Of a stretch of DNA of 64,000 nt, positions 55,878 to 64,000 are shown in pieces. The position numbers were made by a program, and so were the translations under genes. The stretch lies in contig OX597827.1 of NCBI GenBank assembly GCA_951406725.2, forward strand, positions 31,992,001 to 32,056,000. The letters run 5' to 3'. Each line of letters starts with the position of its first letter. Position 1 is the stretch's first letter. The notes beneath the pieces are model-generated. The model was not told the origin of the DNA and did no database searches. It saw nothing but the letters and a program-made list of their open reading frames with translations. The stretch is from Octopus vulgaris (taxonomy: Eukaryota).

Positions 55878-56058
55878 TGGTTTCAAATTTTGGCACAAAG
55901 CCAGCAAATTCGGGAGAAGGGCTAAATCCATTACATCAACCCCAGTGCTCGATCCAAAAGGGATGAAAGACTAAGTCGACCTCGGCAGAATTTGAACTGA
56001 GAGTGTAAAGACGGACGATTCGGTCCGGCACGGTAACGATTCTGCCAATTTGCCGCCT
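55878..56058 (-). mobile_element. SINE family B
   Basis: Reverse complement of B; 26-bp tandem duplication 55835-55886 across its end. Confidence 0.8.
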
Positions 56059-57194
56059 TACCTGCGTTTGCTGTTGGCAAAAGATCTGGACAAGTAGGGG
56101 ACAGCACGGAAAGGGTACACAATGTTGGTCGAAATTGCATTGGACATTGCACATTGGACAAAATCTCGTACAACAGTTTTAGGCAAACCCAGTCATCCAT
56201 CGCAGGAGACGGGAAGAATAAAAACATCTTTTTATCAATGTAAGAGTTGTCAAAGTTTGAAAAAGTTATTTCGACTAGGAAATGTGGCCGGATAAGCAAA
56301 ACAAACAAAAAAAATGCGGGACCAACCCAACATATCTAAAGAAATGTTGAACGTTTATTCAAAGCTTTTCAACAGAATTAACTGAAGTGAATGCTCCTAT
56401 CAATTATAACCCAAAATACAATGGATTAAAAACCTCTTCGATGAGGTGGGGTGAGACGGAAGGGTACCTGCATGGTTCAAATCCTGCATGTATCCTTCGG
56501 GCGGTTTTTATTCTACCCAGAGTGTTTTTAACCAAAAATTAAATGCGAGATAAACTGTGAGGTTGATTCAGTTACTATTACTCGAAGCCTGTATATTGAT
56601 ATTGGAAATACGTAAATGATTTCAAAAGATTCGGTTTTCAAAGAATACCGGAAAAAATTCAACTACATCACAATAAAAACACTGTATCTAAATAGCATTA
56701 CATACAAAGAACCATTGCATAAGACTTGTTCTAATCTAAATCAGTTAAGTTTTGAAGAAACATATTTCTCAATATTCGGCAACTGGGCAACACCGTGTGT
56801 TTTTGTGTGTTTGTATGTGCGTGTGTGCGTGTGTGTGTGTGTGGGGGGACAAGTGAGAGAGAGAGAGAGAGAATGAGAGTGAATTTTATGTGCACACATT
56901 AATATGCGTATAAATTTACATACATACATATACACATATATGCAGGCACTTACTTGCACATACACATTTTCCCAGACGTAACTACACAGGCACGCACGTA
57001 CAGAGACATAATCACACATACATACATGCCACACACAGACATGTGTGTTCATCAGTTTTGCTTACAATGTTGACCCAATAAGCAAACAGCTACTTAATGA
57101 AACACAATCTAACATTGTTTACAGCAAAAAGAAAGAATCATTTTCAAATCATATGACATGTCTCCTGCTATGATATTGCCAGACGCAATATTAA

Positions 57195-57405
57195 TTCCAA
57201 ATTTTGGCACGAGGCCAGCAATTTTGGAGGAGTGGGTGAGTCGATCACACCGACCCTCTGTGCTCAGCTGGCACTTATTTTATCGACCTCGAAAAGATAA
57301 ACGGCAAAGCCGACCTTGACTGGAATTGAACTCAGAACGTAAAGACGGGTGAAAAGCCACAGAGCATTTTGCCCGGTGTGCTAATGATTCTGCCAGCTTG
57401 CTGCC
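57195..57405 (-). mobile_element. SINE family B
   Basis: Reverse complement of B. Confidence 0.82.
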
Positions 57406-57532
57406 TGAGACGATATACGCAATACCAAAAATTACCATATAAGCGTTTAGTTCCACACTCTGAAACATTCCTAAAAATGCTTCTGAAGGCTATTTACCAA
57501 CATCGAATAACCGAATACATTCATAGGCATTG

Positions 57533-57910
57533 GAGTGGCTGTGTGGTAAGTAGCTTGCTTACCAACCACATGGTTCCGGGTTCAGTCTTACTGCGTGGCA
57601 CCTTGGGCAAGTGTCTTCTACTGTAACCTCGGGCCGACCAATGTCTTGTGAGTGGATATGGTAAACGGAAACTGAAAGGAGCCCGTCGTATATATGTATG
57701 TATATATGTGTGTGTGTATGTGTGTGTGTGTGTGTTTGTCCCCCCAACATCGCTTGACAACAGATGCTGGTGTGTTTACGTCCCCGTAACTTAGCGGTTC
57801 AACAGTATTAGGCTTACAAAGAATAAGTCCTGGGGTCGATTTGCTCGACTAAAGGCGGTGCTCCAGTATGGCCGCAGTCAAATGACTGAAACAGGTAAAA
57901 GAGTAAAAGA
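57533..57910 (+). mobile_element. SINE family A
   Basis: Matches the A sequence. Confidence 0.92.
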
Positions 57911-58381
57911 GATATGTGTGTGTGTGCTTGTGAGTGTGTGTAAAATGTAGTATTTATAGGTTATAAGTAAAGAGCTTGTTGTAAACAGTAGCAAATATTA
58001 TTGCTACTCAACCTAAGGTCAGGCTTGTTTGAGTAGGTTTATGCTTAAAAAGCTGCCAGCATTCCCTCATGTCGTATATGGAAGAACCAAAGTGTTTGTT
58101 TTTCGTCATATGACGGGTAATTTTCGAAGTATGCTTTTCAACCATGGGTAATGTGAGAAAATAAGGCATGCACACGATAATTATAATCTGTTTCATCAAA
58201 TTTCTTGAAAATCATAAAAAATGATGAAATGAATACTAAATTTTCCAACAAAAACTATTTACTGCCTTAAAATAAAATTAAATCTAACAAGTTTCCCGTT
58301 TGTATGTTTGCAGAAAACGTTTTTGCTTAATTTTATCAACATCATCGCAGTCTATTTCACTGAAAAATATTGTTTTCTTTT

Positions 58382-59072
58382 TTTTACTCATTTCAATCAT
58401 TAGACTGCGGCCATGCTGGGGCATCGCCTTGAAAAATGTTTATCTGAATGAATCAACCCCAATACGCGCTCTTAACCGCTACGTCATCTGCCCATGGACA
58501 TATGGCGTTGTGGTTCAGAGCGCGGGCTGCTAACTCCAAGATTCCGTGTTCGATTCCAAGCAGTGACCTGAACATTAATAATGATAATAATAATAATAAC
58601 ATCGAAAAATACCTTAGGAATGAGAACCAGGATCAAAATTTCCCCAAGACACCTGATGAAAGCTGGAGGGTGTATCAGCCAAAACGTTGTGTTAACAACA
58701 AACAAGATGAGGACAAATATCCGTCTAATGTAAATAATGTAAATAATCTACATAATTCCTCATCTCTTAAATATAGAGCCCAGTACTTATTGCTATTATT
58801 TCTTAAACCAGGTACTTATTTTATCGGTATCTTTTGCCGAACCACTAAGTTATAGGAATGTGAACACACCGACACAGGTTGTCAAACGGTAGTTGGAAAT
58901 AAACTGACACAAATACATACACACACACGTCGAGCTTCTTTCAATTTCCGTCTACCGAACCCACTCACAGGCTTTTGGTCAGCTTAAGGTTATGGCAGGA
59001 GACATTTACCCAATTTGTCATGCAATGGGACTGAACACGGAAGTTTCTTACCACAAACCGCCCCTGTGCCTA
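58382..59072 (-). mobile_element. Diverged SINE A interrupted by family E
   Basis: A sequence at 58382-58465 and 58779-59072. Confidence 0.82.
58466..58778 (+). mobile_element. Family E: tRNA head, (AAT)n, HHR and tail, with a 30-bp inverted copy of the head
   Basis: A box tggcgttgtgg, B box gttcgattcc; HHR at 58648-58693 (G12A); TSD ccca(a/g)tac at 58458-58465 and 58779-58786. Confidence 0.87.
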
Positions 59073-59649
59073 TAATGCGTCTATTTCTTCAAAATTTCAT
59101 CTAAAAATTGTGAATTTTTCAGGAAGTTATTGCCTGACACCAAGTCGCGTATATGCGACTCTTATGTTAGCCCACTCTGTATATAATATTTTGCTCTCTC
59201 TCTCTCTCTCTCCCTCTCTCTTTCTCCCTCTTCTTCTCCTGTCTCTATATGACATAAAGCGTGACTGGAGATATCAACCAGCCAACCTACCAACATATAT
59301 TACATCGGCTTTTGTTATACAGAGATAAACATTTTTGATGTCCTGCATTTGCAGGCCTATCACCCAGTGCTTTGACCATTCTATCGTTTAGCATACAAAT
59401 CAATACCTTATCCAGTTTGGTCATCCTGTAGACAGATATAAAGGGTCAAACGCAGTAATTATTCTGCATTGTTTTGGGTCTATCTTTCACTTATCAAGGA
59501 TTGTATTAACAAATGTTTTCTTCCATTTTCATACAGTGGGTTGTGATTTCAGTAAGATTTGTTTGTTATTTCTAGCAGGTCGAAATAATGAGTTTTGAGC
59601 AGGAAAAGAATGCAACATAATGATTTACAGCATTCTAATGATAATAATA

Positions 59650-60050
59650 ATGGTTTCAAATTTTGGCACTAGGCCAGCAATTTCTGGGGGATGGGGATAG
59701 TTGGTTACATCGACCCCTGCCCCAGTATCCAACTGGTGCTTATTTTATCAACTCCGAAAGGATGAAAAGCAAAGTCGGCTTCGGCGGGATTTGAACTCAG
59801 AAAGTGAAGATGGATGAAATGCCGCTCAGCATTTGTTTGTTGAAATTCTGACACAAGACCATCAGTTTTAGCGGAAGCGGGGAGGAGTGGATTTCACTGA
59901 CCCCCAGTTCTTGCCCTGTTTTTCATTTTATCGATCCCAGAATGATGAAGGGCAAGGTTAACCTTTGCGGGATTTGAACTCAGAATGTAAAGAACCAAAA
60001 CAAATGTCGCAAGACTTGCATTTTTTCTGACGAATCTGCCACTCCACCAC
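59650..60050 (-). mobile_element. Two tandem SINE B copies
   Basis: Reverse complement of B twice. Confidence 0.8.
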
Positions 60051-60221
60051 CATATTATGCACCCCCACCACCCATGTACGTATTAGCCCTATTCATCTAT
60101 ACGAGATGTTATCTAAAGGCGAATACCGTTGTTTCCTGGCTTGCTACAGTTTATCCATGTTAAGTAATATATACAAAATGCTATTTTGAACTAATACTGC
60201 TTCCTTCATATATATATATAT

Positions 60222-60410
60222 AGGCAGAATTCACAAAAAAAACAACAACAAAAGATGAAGACAGATGGTGTAGACAACAAACAGATGTATTAGTATAACG
60301 CTCGGGAAGTGAAAAAGTCTTTAACGTTTCGAGCCTACGCTCTTCCACAGAAAGCAACACAGAAGGAAGAGAGAAAATAACGACTGTGTAGTGGTTAGCG
60401 ATATATATCG
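60222..60410 (-). mobile_element. Element G copy 2, HHR variant at 60319-60354
   Basis: 84 bp identical to copy 1; 3' end abuts (TA)n. Confidence 0.72.
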
Positions 60411-60514
60411 CCACAGAGTAGTAAAGTACCAACTGAAATTCAGCTAGTTTGATTTAAATGATTTAGATAAAGAACAAAAAAGCATGAAGGAGACAATATG
60501 TGAACGTCAATGTT

Positions 60515-60705
60515 TTCGAAACAAAAGCGGAGCTGATTATAGCTACACAAGACCAATGCTTAAACATTTTGCCCAAAAAATCTACAGCGAGAAAAATGCT
60601 AGGATCAAGAGCAGGTGGATGTAATTGGTGCAATGAGACAGCTGACTACATCATCTCCTGCAGCCCAGTCCTTGCAAGGTTAATGTATGCTTAGAGGAAC
60701 GACCG
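60515..60705 (+). pseudogene. R4/Dong LINE scrap (Zn-knuckle region)
   Basis: ELIIATQDQCL..CNETADYIISCSPVLA..RND. Confidence 0.7.
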
Positions 60706-60877
60706 GTGCAACTATATGGTAAAACTTCGACAATGAGTAGGGAAGCATAAAAAAAAATTCTACCTAACACGACCAACACGACTTTCAAGTGCACTTCATG
60801 TTTGAAGCTCCGATAAGACTATAGAGTGATATACAAGCATTCAACTGTGAGTGCGTTGCATCTTACAACAGGAACAA

Positions 60878-61030
60878 CATTCTTTTCTACTCTAGTCACA
60901 AGGCCTGAAATTTTGAGGCCGGGCGCCAGTCGATTAGATCGACTCCAGTACGCAACTGATACTTCATTTATCCCCCCCCCCCCCCCCGGAGGAAAGGCAA
61001 AAGCGACCTCGGCGGAATTTAAACTCAGCA
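60878..61030 (-). mobile_element. SINE family B fragment
   Basis: Reverse complement of the B 3' part. Confidence 0.8.
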
Positions 61031-61413
61031 GGAACAACATTAAGCTAATGAAGTTCACGGAATAATTTTTTTCTTCATATAAATTTCTTATTATAGCTCT
61101 ATACTTAATTATAGCTCTAACCGATCCTTTGTTCTGAAGCATATGTCTACTGAGTTCAAACACCAAGTTATAAGTGTCACCATACCTAAGTGAAATAATC
61201 ACATACACACAGCCATGCATGAAGACATCATCATCGCTTGCAAAAATATTGTCCGAAAAGGATGTGTTGGGTTATTTTATTGAGTGGTTATTGCTTCGGA
61301 CATGTCTGTATATCTAACAGGAGAAAGTGGCTTTGACGATTAAGAGGAGGCAGTCACATGGCGATATTTGATAGAAAATTAAAATGGTTTTAATTTTTTA
61401 AGCTATTTCATCA

Positions 61414-61544
61414 CCGCCGAGGTCGACTTTGCCTTTCATCCTTTCGGAGTCGATAAAATAAGTACCAGCTGAGTACGGAGGTCGAGGTAATCGACCAGTA
61501 CCCCCACCCAACAAATTTCAGGCCTTGTGCCTATAGTAGAAAGG

Positions 61545-61597
<53 letters not shown>

Positions 61598-61812
61598 GGC
61601 GGTGAACTGGCTGAATCGTTAGCATGCCGGGCGAAATGCTTAGTGGTATTTCGTCTGCTGCTACGCTCTGAGTTCAAATTCCGCTGAGGTCGACTTTGCT
61701 TTTCATCCTTTTGGGGTCGATAAATTAAGAACCAGTTTCGTACCGGGGTCGATCTAATCGACTGGACCCCTCCTCACAAATTTGAGGCCTTGTGCTTCCA
61801 GTAGAAAGGATA

Positions 61813-61881
<69 letters not shown>

Positions 61882-62298
61882 ATTCAAAGCTGGCAGAATC
61901 GTTAGCATGCCAAGCAAAATGCTTAGCGACATTTCATCCGTCTTTACATTCTGAGTTCAAATTCCACCGAGGTCGATTTTGCCTTTCGTCCTTTTGGGGT
62001 CGATAAATTAAGTACCAGTTTCGTACTGAGGTTGATGTAATCGACTGTCCCCTTCCCCAAAAATTACAGGCATTGTACCCAGAGTGGAAAGAATTATTAT
62101 TATAAACGTTCAAGGCACATGAGCTGGCAGAATGGTTAGCACGCTGGGCATAATATCTAGCGGTATTTCGTTCGCTTTTACGTTTAGAGTTCAAATTACG
62201 CCGGGGTCGATAAAATAAGTGTCAGTTAAACATTGGGGCCGATGTAATCGACTTACCCCCTTACCTGAACTTTCTGGCCTTGTGCCAAACTTTGAAAC
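61414..62298 (+). mobile_element. Four head-to-tail SINE B copies separated by (ATT)n
   Basis: Units near 61414, 61597, 61888 and 62113. Confidence 0.92.
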
Positions 62299-62609
62299 TT
62301 GTACTGTTATTATTGAGGTGGTGGCGGGGACAAATTTCCCTGACATTTTTTAGGGGTTTGGAATTGGTTTGGTATTGATCAGTTTGTGACCTATAAGGGT
62401 ACCCGGCGTGTGCGTTGGCGCTAACAAACAGAAAGTATCTTGCGAAGAATTGTAATTATTTGTATATGTAGTGTAAATTGTAATTATTTGTATGGGATAA
62501 TGTGTAACATTGCGTTTTCCTAGCATGGGTTCATCGACCTCGAGAACGAAAATAAACAGGTTGTGGGCCATGAAAGTAAAAATAACCCTTTCTGCTTTAG
62601 CCACATGGA

Positions 62610-63305
62610 CTAAAACTTTGGGGGAAGGGGCTGGTCAATTCCAATGACACCAGTGCTCAACTGGTATTTCTTTTATCGACTCCGAAAGATTTCAAGGCAA
62701 ATTTCGGTAGAATTTGAACTCAGAATGAAAGAGTCGACAGAAATGTTGCTAATCAGTTTCCCAGCGCAGCAACGATTCCGCCAGCTGAACCAATAATTAT
62801 TCTTTTCTACTCTAGGCACAAGGCCCGAGATTTTGGGGGTGAGGAGAGCCAGTCGATTAGATCGACCCCAGTACGCAACTGCACAATTTATCTACTCTGA
62901 AAGAATGAAAGGCAAAGATGACCTCGGTGGAATTTGAACTCAGAACGTAACGACAGACGAAATACCTATTTCTTTACTACCCACAAGGGGCTAAACACAG
63001 AGAGAACAAACGGATTAAGTTGATTACATCGACCCCAGTGCGTAACTGGTACTTATTTAATCTGCCAGCTCGCTGCCTTATATTTTAAAATAGTCTTTTC
63101 TACTCTAGGCACAAGGCCCGAAATTTTTGAGGAGGTGGGGCAGTCGATTAGATCGCCTCCAGTACGCAGCTGGTACTTAATTTATCGACCCCGAAAGGAT
63201 AAAAGGCAAAGTCGACTCCAGCAGAATTCGAACTCAGAACATAAAGACAGACGAAATACTGCTAAGCATTTCGCCCGGCGTGCTAATGTTTCTGTCAGTT
63301 AACCT
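62610..63305 (-). mobile_element. Three SINE B copies, one composite
   Basis: Reverse complement of B. Confidence 0.88.
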
Positions 63306-63414
63306 TACTGTATTGGATGGAAACTGTGCGAAGAGTGCATGTCGTGTGTGAGGGCTTGTAGTGTTGGAGTTCCGTTAATTGAGTTGAAAGTATATTTTGG
63401 TACGATTATAGGTT

Positions 63415-63960
63415 ATGTTGATCGGATCAACAGAACAACCTGCACGTGAAATTAACGTGCAAATGACTGAGCGCTCCAGAGACACGCGTGCCCTTAATGT
63501 AGTTCTCAGGAAGATTCGGCGTAATAGAGAACGCGACAGGGCTGGCTCTTTGAATTACTAATACAACTCATTTTTGCCAGCTGGGTGGACTGGTGCAACA
63601 TGAAGTGAAGTGTCTCGCTCAAGGACACAATGCGCCACCAGGATCGAACTCCTGACCCTAGCATCGGGAGCCGAATTCGCTAACCACTAAACCACGCGCT
63701 TTCACAGTTGTGCAAGTAACTGAGCGCTACACAGATACGCGCACATTTAACATAGTTCTCAGGGAGATTCAGTGTGATACAGAAGGTGAAAAGGCTGGCC
63801 CCCTTCGAATTACAGATACAACTCATTTTTGCCAGCTGTGTGTAGTGAAGCAACATGAAATAAAGCGTCTTGCTCAAGGACATAATGCCTCGTCGGGAAT
63901 CGAACTCACGACCTTACGATTGTGAATCGAATACCAGACACCACAAAGCCAAGCGCCTTC
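63415..63960 (-). mobile_element. Two tandem SINE D copies
   Basis: Homologous to 28440-28762. Confidence 0.88.
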
Positions 63961-64000
63961 ATAACATCTATTACACAGCTGCAAACCATTAACCCTACCC

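Overview
AT-rich, repeat-saturated animal non-coding DNA (intergenic or large intron), most likely from an octopus or other coleoid cephalopod. That assignment is an inference from the SINE families and the extreme microsatellite load. I can support no intact host protein-coding gene; nearly all listed ORFs are read-throughs of (TG)n, (TA)n or (TACA)n tracts or of SINEs. The window holds dozens of tRNA-headed SINEs from at least five families (labelled A-E here), plus decayed transposons: RTE and R4/Dong LINEs, two maT (DD37D) elements, hAT, Helitron, and Tc1, mariner, MULE, piggyBac and Tigger MITEs. The most interesting signal is a set of short elements carrying minimal type I hammerhead ribozyme (HHR) motifs of the Penelope-like element (PLE) kind. 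Family E joins a Pol III tRNA head to the HHR, and both of its insertions are TSD-flanked and carry a 5' inverted segment. It is a candidate ribozyme-bearing SINE mobilised by PLEs. All alignments and translations were done by eye, and boundaries of decayed elements are approximate.
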